Source of the DNA: an uncultured Oscillospiraceae bacterium
GTDB taxonomy: Bacteria > Bacillota > Clostridia > Oscillospirales > Oscillospiraceae
Direction of reading: 5' to 3'
Length of the DNA stretch: 60,009 nt
Assembly: GCA_904420145.1 (NCBI GenBank)
Contig: CAJFUI010000027.1
Span: 1-60,009, forward strand
In this document: positions 27,541 to 35,655 of the stretch, piece after piece
How positions within the stretch are numbered: position 1 is the stretch's first letter
Layout of the letters: each line of letters starts with the position of its first letter
The notes under the pieces: model-generated
Told to the model about the DNA's origin: nothing
The model's database searches: none
What the model saw: only the letters and a program-made list of their open reading frames with translations
Program-made: the position numbers and the translations under genes

Positions 27541-28638
27541 CTACCCGGCAGCCTCTATGTTGACGGTTCCGGACATCTGACCGATCAGCTCCGTGCCGGA
27601 CACCGCCTGTCCCAGCTCATACAGGGAGGCGTTGGGTCCGAAGCTGTCGTAAAACAGCACCACGTCCCCCCAGGGCGCGTAGTAGGCCAGAACACCGGCG
27701 CCGCCCTCCGCCGGTGGGGCGTCCGTGGTGTCCAGCGCCTGAGGGGGGTAGAAAATCTTCTCGTTGGTGCTGTAGTCCTCCACCTCAACGGTGAGGGGGA
27801 GCTGCGCGAACAGGGCCTCCGCGGCGGCGCTGTCGTTGAGTGCATAGACCACCGTGCCGCCGTCAAACTCCACCCGGATCTGCCGGACCGCCTGCGTGTT
27901 TTCCCTGGCGTCCTCCCCTCCAAACCCCAATTCATTGACCCATGCCTTGATGCCCGCCTCGGAGGAGGCGGCCTCCTCCTCGTAGCAGTCGAAGATGCTG
28001 TCGGAGATGTTGGCTCCAGCTGCCGCCTCGGTGATAATCTCCACGCTCCGGGCCAGACCGCCGGTGCCGTGGGAGCAGAACAGGTACACGTCCTTCCCGG
28101 AGAGGTCATTCTGCCCTAAGAAGGTCAGCAGCGCCATGGGGACGCCATACCACCAGTTGGGATAGCCCAGGAACACCGTATCGTACCCCTCCAGATTCTC
28201 CACCTGCTCCGCCAGTTCCGGCCGGGCGTCGCTGCCCCGCTCCTCATTGGCCCGCTCCAAGCAGGAGTCCCAGTCGCTGGGGTAGGGGTCGGTGACCCGG
28301 ATAGCAAACAGGTCTCCCCCCGTCTCCTCCTGCACCCAGCCGGCCAGCTGCTGCACATTTCCCGGCGGGATCACGCTGGGGGAGGAGACGGCGTCCACAT
28401 CCTCAGCCAAAACGGCGTTGTCCGCCCAGGAGAAGTAGGCCACCAGAACATTGGTTTCTCCGGTGTTTTCCGCGGCGGGCAGTTCCGCCTCCCCGCCATC
28501 GTCCGGCGTTTCCGGCGTCTGTTCGGCAGCCGGGCCGGAGCCGCCGGCGGCACCACTGTCCTCCTGCTCCGCCACCCCGCAGGCAGCGAGGGAAATCGCC
28601 ATTGTTATGGCCAAAAGAAAAGAGAGCCATTTTTTCAT
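27541..28638 (-). CDS. Lipoprotein: flavodoxin-like domain fused to a C-terminal cyclophilin-like-fold domain
   Basis: ORF trimmed to ATG 28638 (SD GGAGG). Lipobox ISLAAC|G. Flavodoxin-like motifs LVAYFSWADN, VFLGYPNWWYG and LFCSHGTGG. The C-terminal roughly 115 aa (IRVEFDGGTVVYALNDSAAAEALF...YYAPWGDVVLFY) resembles the cyclophilin-like domain family, identified from memory. Confidence 0.7.
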   Translation of the reverse strand: MKKWLSFLLAITMAISLAACGVAEQEDSGAAGGSGPAAEQTPETPDDGGEAELPAAENTGETNVLVAYFSWADNAVLAEDVDAVSSPSVIPPGNVQQLAGWVQEETGGDLFAIRVTDPYPSDWDSCLERANEERGSDARPELAEQVENLEGYDTVFLGYPNWWYGVPMALLTFLGQNDLSGKDVYLFCSHGTGGLARSVEIITEAAAGANISDSIFDCYEEEAASSEAGIKAWVNELGFGGEDARENTQAVRQIRVEFDGGTVVYALNDSAAAEALFAQLPLTVEVEDYSTNEKIFYPPQALDTTDAPPAEGGAGVLAYYAPWGDVVLFYDSFGPNASLYELGQAVSGTELIGQMSGTVNIEAAG

Positions 28639-28765
28639 TTGTCCGACCTCCGTCCTCTCTGTTGTACAGGTGCTTTCTTTCGCTTGGTTGACTCTATTAT
28701 AAAAGCCATGCCGTTCAATGTCTAATACCCATCTTTTATGTTTATCCATACCCAAAATGCATGGA

Positions 28766-28805
28766 TCAAAACAAAAGCGCCCCCAGTCCGCCGGACTGGG
28801 GGCGC
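28766..28805 (-). terminator. Rho-independent terminator of the LysR gene
   Basis: On the minus strand, GCGCCCCCAGTCC-ggc-GGACTGGGGGCGC is followed by UUUUGUUUUG. It insulates LysR from the flavoprotein operon. Confidence 0.6.
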
Positions 28806-28810
28806 TGCGG

Positions 28811-29701
28811 TCAGGGCATCATGTTCGCCCTGAACAGATTGATTTCTTGGATAAAGAGGGATACAGCAGGCGTAAACAGGTGGTTTTTCTTCCAGATCAG
28901 AACACTGTGGGTGGTATGCTCCGGCCGGATGGGGATAAACCGCAGGTCCGGACTGCTCCGAATCGCCAGCGCGCCGTCCAGACAAAAGGCGCATCCCAGC
29001 CCCTCCTCCACCAGCAGCACGGCGTTGGACAGCAGGGTGTAGCTCAGTGGGATGTTTAAGTCCTTTTCTTCACACTTCAGCCAGTTCAGCACCTCCGAGC
29101 GCACACGCTCTCGGAGGGGAAGGATCAGAGGATAGGGGATCATCTCCTCCGGCTGCACCGATTCCCGGCCGGCCAGAGGATGGTCCTTGCGCATCAGCAC
29201 GCCCCAGGTCTCCTTTTGAGAGAGGCGGACAAAGTCGTATTTGACCGTGTCCACCGGCTCCAGGAGCAATCCCACATCCACAAGCCCCCTGTCAATGCGC
29301 TCCTTAATGTAATCCGCCATCTCATTGTAGAGATCGAAGTGCACCAGCGGGTACTTGTCGGAGAAGTGCTTAATCAGCTTGGCAAACAGCCGGCTTCCCA
29401 CCGACTCCGTGGCGCCGATGGAGATGACGCCGCTCACCTCCGCATTCCGCTCCGCAAAAGCCTGCTCCAGCCGGTCCGCCAGCTCTACAATCTCCTCGGC
29501 CCGCTGGCGGAAAAAGAGGCCGTCGTCGGTCAGCGTCATGCCCTTTTTGCCCCGAAGCATCAGGGTCGTACCCAGTTCACGCTCCAAGTCCATCAGCTGA
29601 CGGCTCAACGTCGGCTGGGTCACATGCAGCAGGTCGGCGGCCCGGGTGATGTTCTCCTCATTTGCCGCCGCCAAAAAATAGCGCAAGGTCCGAAGCTCCA
29701 T
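28811..29701 (-). CDS. LysR-family transcriptional regulator
   Basis: ORF trimmed to ATG 29701. MELRTLRYFLAAANEENITRAADLLHVTQPTLSRQLMDLE. Confidence 0.85.
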   Translation of the reverse strand: MELRTLRYFLAAANEENITRAADLLHVTQPTLSRQLMDLERELGTTLMLRGKKGMTLTDDGLFFRQRAEEIVELADRLEQAFAERNAEVSGVISIGATESVGSRLFAKLIKHFSDKYPLVHFDLYNEMADYIKERIDRGLVDVGLLLEPVDTVKYDFVRLSQKETWGVLMRKDHPLAGRESVQPEEMIPYPLILPLRERVRSEVLNWLKCEEKDLNIPLSYTLLSNAVLLVEEGLGCAFCLDGALAIRSSPDLRFIPIRPEHTTHSVLIWKKNHLFTPAVSLFIQEINLFRANMMP

Positions 29702-29803
29702 ACCGTATGTACTCCTTTGGCCTGTTTTCCCTATGACAGCATAGTCATGCCCTTTCCACAATCGTTCCCGTTCTCCCGCCGGCTCCGGCCTGTCCCAAAG
29801 CTT

Positions 29804-30262
29804 TTACAGCCGCAGACCCTTGATGTCCTTCACCCGGGACAAGATGATATTGCAGCTGCAGCTAATGACCCCGGGCAGAGGGTCGATCACCTCCCGGAGC
29901 AGCCGCTCCAGCTCCTCCTGAGAGGCGGAGACCGCATGGACGTGGAGCTTATTCCGTCCGGTCACCCGGTAGATCTGGGTCACCGTCTCGTTCTGCCGCA
30001 GGAGCTCCGTTACCTCCGCCAGGGTATCCGGCAGGGTCTCCAGCTCAAAATAGCAGGACACCGCGCCGCTGATCTTCTGGGGGTTGATAATGGTGGTGTA
30101 CTCCTCGATAACGCCCCGCTGCTCCAGGGCCTGTACCCGGGACTTCACCGCCACCCGGGAGATCCCCACCGCCTTGCCGATATCGGAATAGGAGATCCGG
30201 GCATTTTCGATCAGTAGCTCTACGATCCTTTGATCGACAGCGTCTAAGCCCTCTAAAAACAT
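29804..30262 (-). CDS. Lrp/AsnC-family transcriptional regulator
   Basis: MFLEGLDAVDQRIVELLIENARISYSDIGKAVGISRVAVKSRVQALEQRGVI. Alternative start at 30280. Confidence 0.8.
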   Translation of the reverse strand: MFLEGLDAVDQRIVELLIENARISYSDIGKAVGISRVAVKSRVQALEQRGVIEEYTTIINPQKISGAVSCYFELETLPDTLAEVTELLRQNETVTQIYRVTGRNKLHVHAVSASQEELERLLREVIDPLPGVISCSCNIILSRVKDIKGLRL

Positions 30263-30327
30263 AGCCTCACCCCTGCGCATTATTTTTCCCTATTATACGT
30301 CCTGCTTGGCAGAATGTAAACAAGGAG

Positions 30328-30356
30328 TTGACTTTCGCATACAACCCCTTTATAAT
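30328..30356 (+). promoter_or_regulatory. Near-consensus sigma-70 promoter for the MATE gene
   Basis: TTGACT (30328-30333), 17 nt, then TATAAT (30351-30356). Confidence 0.5.
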
Positions 30357-30400
30357 ACTTTCGAAACGCAAGTTTTAACTTTCTTTTTGGATGTGAGAAC

Positions 30401-31762
30401 ATGAACAAGGATCTGACCCAGGGACCGGTGATGCGCTCCATGCTGCTCTTCGCCGTCCCCATGATCTTAGGGAATCTGCTGCAGCAGTGCTACAACATCG
30501 CCGACACGCTGATCGTCAGCTGGTACTTAGGCCCCAACGCCTTGGCGGCGGTGGGCTCCTCCTTCACCCTGATGACCTTCCTCACCTCCATCCTGCTGGG
30601 GCTGTGCATGGGCAGCGGCGCGGTCTTCTCCATCCGCTTTGGTCAGCGGGATGACGAGGGACTGCGGGAGAGCGCGAGAGCCTCCTTTGTCCTCATCGCC
30701 GCGCTGACGGTGGTGCTGAACGCCGCCGCCTTTCTCTGCTTAGACGGCATTCAGGTGTTTCTCCGGGTCTCGGACCAGGCCATCTGGCAGCTGATGCGGG
30801 AGTATTTGGCGGTGATCTTCTGCGGCATCGCCGCCACCTTCCTCTACAACTACTTCGCCTGCTATCTGCGGGCCATCGGGGACTCTGTGACGCCGCTGAT
30901 TTTTTTGGCGGTGTCCGCCGTTTTGAATATCGCCCTGGACCTGTGGTTTGTGATCGGGCTAAAGCGGGGGGTGGCCGGCGCCGCAGAGGCCACGGTGATC
31001 TCCCAGTACGTCTCCGGCGTGGGCTTAGGTATCTTCGCCCTGATCCGCTGCCCTCTGCTCCGGCCCCGTCGGGGGGACGTCTGGGTCCGCTGGGACAGGA
31101 TTCGGGAGATCGCCAGCTTCTCCTTGCTCACCTGCATCCAGCAGTCGGTGATGAACCTGGGCATCCTGATGGTGCAGGGGCTGGTCAACAGCTTCGGCGA
31201 CACGGTGATGGCGGCCTTCGCCGCAGCGGTGAAGATTGACGCTTTTGCCTACATGCCCGTACAGGACTTCGGCAACGCCTTCTCCACCTTCATCGCCCAA
31301 AACTACGGGGCCAAACAGCCGGAGCGCATCCGGAGAGGACTGCGGGGGGCGGTGCTCACCTCTGTGCTGTTCTCCCTGGCCGTGTCCGCCCTGGTGTGGA
31401 TCTTCGCCCGGCAGCTCATGGCGCTGTTTGTGGAGGCGGGGGAGGCCGCCATCATCGCCGAAGGCGTCCGCTACCTGCGCATCGAGGGGGCCTTCTACTG
31501 CGGAATCGGCTGCCTGTTTTTGCTCTACGGGCTGTACCGGGCCATCGGGAAGCCGGGGATGAGCGTGGTGCTCACCGTCGTCTCCCTCGGCACCCGGGTG
31601 GCCCTGGCCTACGCCCTCTCCGCCCTGCCGGCCTTCGGTGTGGCCGGGATTTGGTGGTCGGTGCCCATCGGCTGGTTTTTGGCGGATCTGGCCGGCTTTG
31701 TCTACTACCTGCGCCGGGGCAAGGGCCTGCTGGCGCTGCCGCCGCAGTCCACTCCATCATGA
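30401..31762 (+). CDS. MATE-family efflux transporter
   Basis: 453 aa, 12 TM. N-terminus MNKDLTQGPVMRSMLLFAVPMILGNLLQQCYNIADTLIV is the canonical MatE start. Confidence 0.85.
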   Translation: MNKDLTQGPVMRSMLLFAVPMILGNLLQQCYNIADTLIVSWYLGPNALAAVGSSFTLMTFLTSILLGLCMGSGAVFSIRFGQRDDEGLRESARASFVLIAALTVVLNAAAFLCLDGIQVFLRVSDQAIWQLMREYLAVIFCGIAATFLYNYFACYLRAIGDSVTPLIFLAVSAVLNIALDLWFVIGLKRGVAGAAEATVISQYVSGVGLGIFALIRCPLLRPRRGDVWVRWDRIREIASFSLLTCIQQSVMNLGILMVQGLVNSFGDTVMAAFAAAVKIDAFAYMPVQDFGNAFSTFIAQNYGAKQPERIRRGLRGAVLTSVLFSLAVSALVWIFARQLMALFVEAGEAAIIAEGVRYLRIEGAFYCGIGCLFLLYGLYRAIGKPGMSVVLTVVSLGTRVALAYALSALPAFGVAGIWWSVPIGWFLADLAGFVYYLRRGKGLLALPPQSTPS

Positions 31763-31801
31763 GCGGGGTCTGTCCCATCAGCCGCTGCACCGCCTGATCA
31801 C

Positions 31802-31843
31802 AAAAAGCATGGCGCTCACCGATCGGTGAGCGCCATGCTTTTT
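31802..31843. terminator. Bidirectional rho-independent terminator (MATE / cat convergent)
   Basis: AAAAAGCATGGCGCTCACC-gatc-GGTGAGCGCCATGCTTTTT. Perfect arms with A/T flanks. Confidence 0.7.
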
Positions 31844-31878
31844 GTTCTGCATCCAAGCGCCGTGTGTCCGGGGAAACG

Positions 31879-32502
31879 CTACAGTCCCCGGACACTCTCC
31901 TGCAGGTCATCCAAGAAGCGGCAGGCGTGGAATCCGTCACAGACAGCGTGGTGCACCTGCATCGACAGGGGCAGGTGCCACCGACCACCCTCCTCCCAGT
32001 ACCTTCCCATGGTAAAAATGGGAATCAGATAGCGGAAATGGGGAGTGTTTACCTGAAAGGACTCAAAGGAGGTCCACGGCATCATCGAGACGGTAAAGCT
32101 GTTCTCCGGCAGATTAGGCTTTGTCAGAAACCCCTCCGCATCTCCATACTGTCTTTTATCCTCCTCATAACGGCGGCAGAACAGGTCATAATCCTCTGTA
32201 TATGCTGTCCAGATATTGGAGAAGGTCTCACTTGCTTGGTGAAAAATGGTGTAGCAGGGCTCCATGCTGTCATAGCACACCAGCTGGTCATTTTCCCGCA
32301 GGGCCATCCGGAAGGGCTCGTGCCGGTTGACCGTTTTTGTCAGCAGATACAGCATGGCGGGGTACAGCTTGTGTCCGCCCTCCCTTATGGCGGTAATGTC
32401 CAGCTTAACTGTCATGCTGTAGGTGCAGGGTACCTCTGTGAGATAATGTGCAAAATGCTCCCTGCGCTTCCATGTCCGCTGATCTATGACGGTGTAGTTC
32501 AT
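31879..32502 (-). CDS. cat: Type-A chloramphenicol O-acetyltransferase
   Basis: 207 aa with the catalytic motif HHAVCDGFH, and CAT-typical N-terminus WKRREHFAHY and LYPAMLYLL. Confidence 0.85.
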   Translation of the reverse strand: MNYTVIDQRTWKRREHFAHYLTEVPCTYSMTVKLDITAIREGGHKLYPAMLYLLTKTVNRHEPFRMALRENDQLVCYDSMEPCYTIFHQASETFSNIWTAYTEDYDLFCRRYEEDKRQYGDAEGFLTKPNLPENSFTVSMMPWTSFESFQVNTPHFRYLIPIFTMGRYWEEGGRWHLPLSMQVHHAVCDGFHACRFLDDLQESVRGL

Positions 32503-32537
32503 CTTGCTCTCTCCTATTTTTCATAATTGTGTTGCCC

Positions 32538-32566
32538 ATTATAACCTTTGAGTTTCTTTTTTTCAA
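32538..32566 (-). promoter_or_regulatory. Near-consensus promoter for cat
   Basis: On the minus strand, TTGAAA, 17 nt, then TATAAT, about 35 nt upstream of ATG 32502. Confidence 0.5.
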
Positions 32567-32619
32567 CCGCACCGGCCGTCTTCCCTTTCCCGCCATTTCA
32601 TGGTACAATACCCTTCAGA

Positions 32620-32660
32620 CGGGCCGCGGCTCCCTCTGCGCCGCCGCGGCCCGCTTTTTT
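32620..32660 (+). terminator. Terminator-like GC hairpin plus T6, immediately 5' of the vanR SD
   Basis: CGGGCCGCGGC-(12 nt)-GCCGCGGCCCG then gc TTTTTT. It ends 15 nt before ATG 32676 and is preceded by the extended -10-like TGGTACAAT at 32601-32609. Confidence 0.4.
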
Positions 32661-32675
32661 GAGAGAGGTTTTGCT

Positions 32676-33371
32676 ATGAGCGAGGAAATCTTAGTGGTAG
32701 ACGACGAGGCCGCCATCGCGGACCTGGTGGAGGTCTACCTGAAAAACGAGGGCTACACCGTCCACAAGTTTGGCACCGCCGCCGACGCCCTCGCCTGTGT
32801 GGACCGCACCCATTTGGATCTGGCCATTTTGGACGTGATGCTGCCGGATATGAGCGGCTTCACCCTCTGCCAGCGCATCCGGGAGCGCCACCTCTTCCCC
32901 ATCATCATGCTCACCGCCAAGGTGGAGGACATGGACAAGATCACGGGGCTGACCCTCGGAGCGGACGACTACATCACCAAGCCCTTCAACCCCCTGGAGC
33001 TGGTGGCCCGGGTGAAGACCCAGCTGCGCCGCTACACCCGGTACAACACCGCCGAGAGCGGCGCAAAGGAAGTGGCGGAGTACGACTTTCGGGGCCTGCA
33101 GATCTCCAAGGCCACCCACAAGTGCGTCCTCTTCGGGGAGGAGCTCCCCCTGACGCCCCTGGAGTTTGCCATTCTCTGGTACCTCTGTGAGCGGCGGGGG
33201 AACGTGGTCTCCAGTGAGGAGCTGTTCGAGCAGGTCTGGGGGGAGAAGTACATGGACAGCAACAACACGGTGATGAGCCACATCGCCCGTCTGCGGGAGA
33301 AGATGCACGAGCCAAGCCGCAGGTCTAAATTCATCAAGACTGTCTGGGGGGTGGGGTATACCATTGAGTAA
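32676..33371 (+). CDS. vanR: VanR-type OmpR-family response regulator
   Basis: ORF trimmed to ATG 32676 (MSEEILVVDDEAAIADLV...). Receiver plus winged-helix domain (TVWGVGYTIE). First gene of the vanG-type cluster. Confidence 0.85.
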   Translation: MSEEILVVDDEAAIADLVEVYLKNEGYTVHKFGTAADALACVDRTHLDLAILDVMLPDMSGFTLCQRIRERHLFPIIMLTAKVEDMDKITGLTLGADDYITKPFNPLELVARVKTQLRRYTRYNTAESGAKEVAEYDFRGLQISKATHKCVLFGEELPLTPLEFAILWYLCERRGNVVSSEELFEQVWGEKYMDSNNTVMSHIARLREKMHEPSRRSKFIKTVWGVGYTIE

Positions 33372-34482
33372 ACGGAACACAAGCCGATCCCCCGCCCTGT
33401 CGGAGGCGGGGCGCCGCCGGGCCCTGCGCAGCTGGGGGATCTACCTTCTGGCCCTGATGGCCTGGGTCACGGTGGTGATTCTGCTGGCCTTTTTGGGATA
33501 CTGGGTGTGCAGCAGCATCACTTGGCAGAGGGTCACCCCCCTCTATCTCTTTTTAAACTGGGTACGGGACTACGTCGTCTTTGTGTTCGCTGTTGTCGTA
33601 CTGGCCGGCTGGGTGGCTATCAGCTACTTCTTTATCGCCCGGCCCACGGAGCAGCTGGAGGAGCTGACCGCCGCCGCGGCGAAGCTGGCCCGGCCCACGG
33701 AGGAGCCTATCTCCCTGCCCGCCGCCCTGTCGGATGTGGAGAGCCAGCTCAACGCCGCCCGGGAGCAGGCCCTCCGGGACGCCCGGGCCGCCAAGGACGC
33801 GGAGCAGCGGAAAAACGACTTGGTGGTCTACTTGGCCCACGACCTGAAGACCCCCCTCACCAGCGTCATCGGCTATCTGACCCTCCTGCGGGACGAGCCC
33901 CAGCTGTCGCCGGAGCTGCGGGGGCGGTACACCGGCATCGCCCTTGAGAAGGCGGAGCGGCTGGAGGATCTCATCAACGAGTTCTTTGACATCACCCGCT
34001 TCAACCTCTCCCATATCGAGTTAGAGAAGGAGACGGTGGACCTCACCCGGCTGATCCAGCAGGTGGTCAGCGAGTTTCAGCCCATGCTGGCGGAGAAGAA
34101 CCTCCTCTGCGCCGTGGAGCTGCCGCCTCAGCTCCCCTTCCTCTGCGACGGGGAGAAGCTCTCCCGGGTGTTTGACAATCTGCTGCGCAACGCCTGCTAC
34201 TACAGCTTCCCGGACAGCACCGTCCGCATCTCCGGCCGGACCGACGGCGGTTTTGTCGTCCTGCGCTTTACCAACGCCGGCAAGACCATTCCGCCGGAGA
34301 AGCTCTCCCGCCTCTTTGAGCAGTTCTTCCGCTTGGACAGCTCCCGCGCCACCCACACGGGCGGCGCGGGCCTTGGCTTGGCCATAGCCAAGGAGATCGT
34401 GGAGCTCCACGGCGGCACCATCCGTGCCGAGAGCGCCGACAACTCCATCACCTTTACCCTCCGCCTCCCTCTGCGGCCGTAA
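33364..34482 (+). CDS. vanS: VanS-type sensor histidine kinase
   Basis: Two N-terminal TM helices, H-box LAHDLKTPLTS, N-box NLLRNACYYS and G-box GGAGLGLAIAKEIV. TTG start overlaps the vanR stop (start uncertain). Confidence 0.8.
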   Translation: MSKRNTSRSPALSEAGRRRALRSWGIYLLALMAWVTVVILLAFLGYWVCSSITWQRVTPLYLFLNWVRDYVVFVFAVVVLAGWVAISYFFIARPTEQLEELTAAAAKLARPTEEPISLPAALSDVESQLNAAREQALRDARAAKDAEQRKNDLVVYLAHDLKTPLTSVIGYLTLLRDEPQLSPELRGRYTGIALEKAERLEDLINEFFDITRFNLSHIELEKETVDLTRLIQQVVSEFQPMLAEKNLLCAVELPPQLPFLCDGEKLSRVFDNLLRNACYYSFPDSTVRISGRTDGGFVVLRFTNAGKTIPPEKLSRLFEQFFRLDSSRATHTGGAGLGLAIAKEIVELHGGTIRAESADNSITFTLRLPLRP

Positions 34483-34488
34483 GAAAAT

Positions 34489-34516
34489 CGCAAGATTTTC
34501 GCAGGAAATCTGCAGG
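34489..34516 (+). promoter_or_regulatory. Three direct hexamer repeats at 11-bp phasing (candidate VanR boxes)
   Basis: CGCAAG (34489), CGCAGG (34500) and TGCAGG (34511). Helical-turn spacing is typical for OmpR/PhoB-type regulators. Located in the vanS-vanG spacer. Confidence 0.3.
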
Positions 34517-34544
34517 AACTCCGCATGGAAAAGCGAAAGCAAAA

Positions 34545-34600
34545 ACCGCCCTGCTTTGCTACGATAGTCTCAGCAAAGCAAGGCGGTCTTCCGCTTTTTT
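34545..34600 (+). terminator. Strong hairpin plus T-run between vanS and vanG (terminator/attenuator candidate)
   Basis: 16-nt arms ACCGCCCTGCTTTGCT / AGCAAAGCAAGGCGGT (15 of 16 paired) and an 11-nt loop, then cttccgcTTTTTT directly abutting the SD AGGAGG (34601) of vanG. Confidence 0.45.
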
Positions 34601-34611
34601 AGGAGGTTTCT

Positions 34612-35655
34612 ATGCAAAAGACGATTTTAGTGCTCTTTGGCGGCTGCTCCACGGAGTATGAGGTGTCCCTCCAGTCCGCCCACGCCATTGTCAGCCACAT
34701 GGACCCCAGCCGGTATGCGCCCCTCCTTGTGGGCATCACCAAGGCAGGCCGCTGGCTCCGCTACGACGGGCCTCTGTCCCTGATCGAGAGCGGGGAATGG
34801 CTCCGCCACCCCTCCTGCGCCCCCTGCGCGTTGTCCCTGGACCGGGAGGAGCGGCGGCTGCTGTTGCTGGACGGCTCCAAGGAGTCCCTGCCCTTTGACG
34901 CGGCCTTTCCCATCCTTCACGGCAAAAACGGGGAGGACGGCACGGTACAGGGCCTCCTGGAGCTGATCGGCGCGCCCATCATCGGCTGCGGCGCCCTCTC
35001 CAGCGCCCTGTGCATGGACAAGGACCGCGCCCACAAGCTTGCCGCCCTTACCGGGGTGCGGGTGCCCCAAAGCGCCGTATTCCGTCGGGACGCCGCCTTC
35101 GAGCAGATCGCCGCCGCGGCGGAGGCGCTGGGCTACCCGGTGTTTGTCAAGCCCGTCCGCGCCGGCTCCTCCTTTGGCATTACTAAAGTGGAGGGGCCGG
35201 AGGACCTGCCCGCCGCCGTGGCCGAGGCCTTCCGCCACGACCGGGAGATCCTCTTAGAGGAGACCATCCCCGGCTTTGAGGTGGGCTGCGCCGTGCTGGG
35301 AAACGAGGCGCTGACAGTGGGCGCGGTGGACGAGATCGAGCTCTCTCACGGCTTTTTCAACTACGAGGAGAAGTACACCCTCAAGACCTCCCGCATCCAC
35401 TGCCCGGCCCGCATCCCGCCGGAGAAGGCGGCGGAGATTCAAGAGGCCGCTCAAAAAATCTACCGCGCCCTGGACTGCCGCGTCTTCGCCCGGGTGGACC
35501 TGTTTCTGACGCCGGCGGGGGAGATCGTCTTCAACGAGGTGAACACCATCCCGGGCTTCACCTCCCACAGCCGCTATCCCACCATGATGGAGCGGGCCGG
35601 GCTGTCCTTCTCCGCGCTGGTCAGCCGCCTGATGGAGCTGGGGGTGGAGGCATGA
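34612..35655 (+). CDS. vanG: D-alanine--D-serine ligase, VanG-type
   Basis: 347-aa ATP-grasp Ddl fold (VLFGGCSTEYEVSL, HGKNGEDGTVQGLLEL). The omega-loop region GFFNYEEKY resembles VanC/E/G-type rather than VanA-type ligases (comparison from memory). Operon context includes vanXY and vanT. Confidence 0.85.
   Translation: MQKTILVLFGGCSTEYEVSLQSAHAIVSHMDPSRYAPLLVGITKAGRWLRYDGPLSLIESGEWLRHPSCAPCALSLDREERRLLLLDGSKESLPFDAAFPILHGKNGEDGTVQGLLELIGAPIIGCGALSSALCMDKDRAHKLAALTGVRVPQSAVFRRDAAFEQIAAAAEALGYPVFVKPVRAGSSFGITKVEGPEDLPAAVAEAFRHDREILLEETIPGFEVGCAVLGNEALTVGAVDEIELSHGFFNYEEKYTLKTSRIHCPARIPPEKAAEIQEAAQKIYRALDCRVFARVDLFLTPAGEIVFNEVNTIPGFTSHSRYPTMMERAGLSFSALVSRLMELGVEA

Noticed and set aside
32505-32530. 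Possible leader-peptide/attenuation control of cat, as in inducible cat genes (a short ATG AAA AAT AGG... frame overlapping the cat SD).
   Set aside because: The short frame is not a discrete upstream leader ORF. It runs out of frame into the cat coding region, and I see no RBS-sequestering stem. The promoter looks constitutive.
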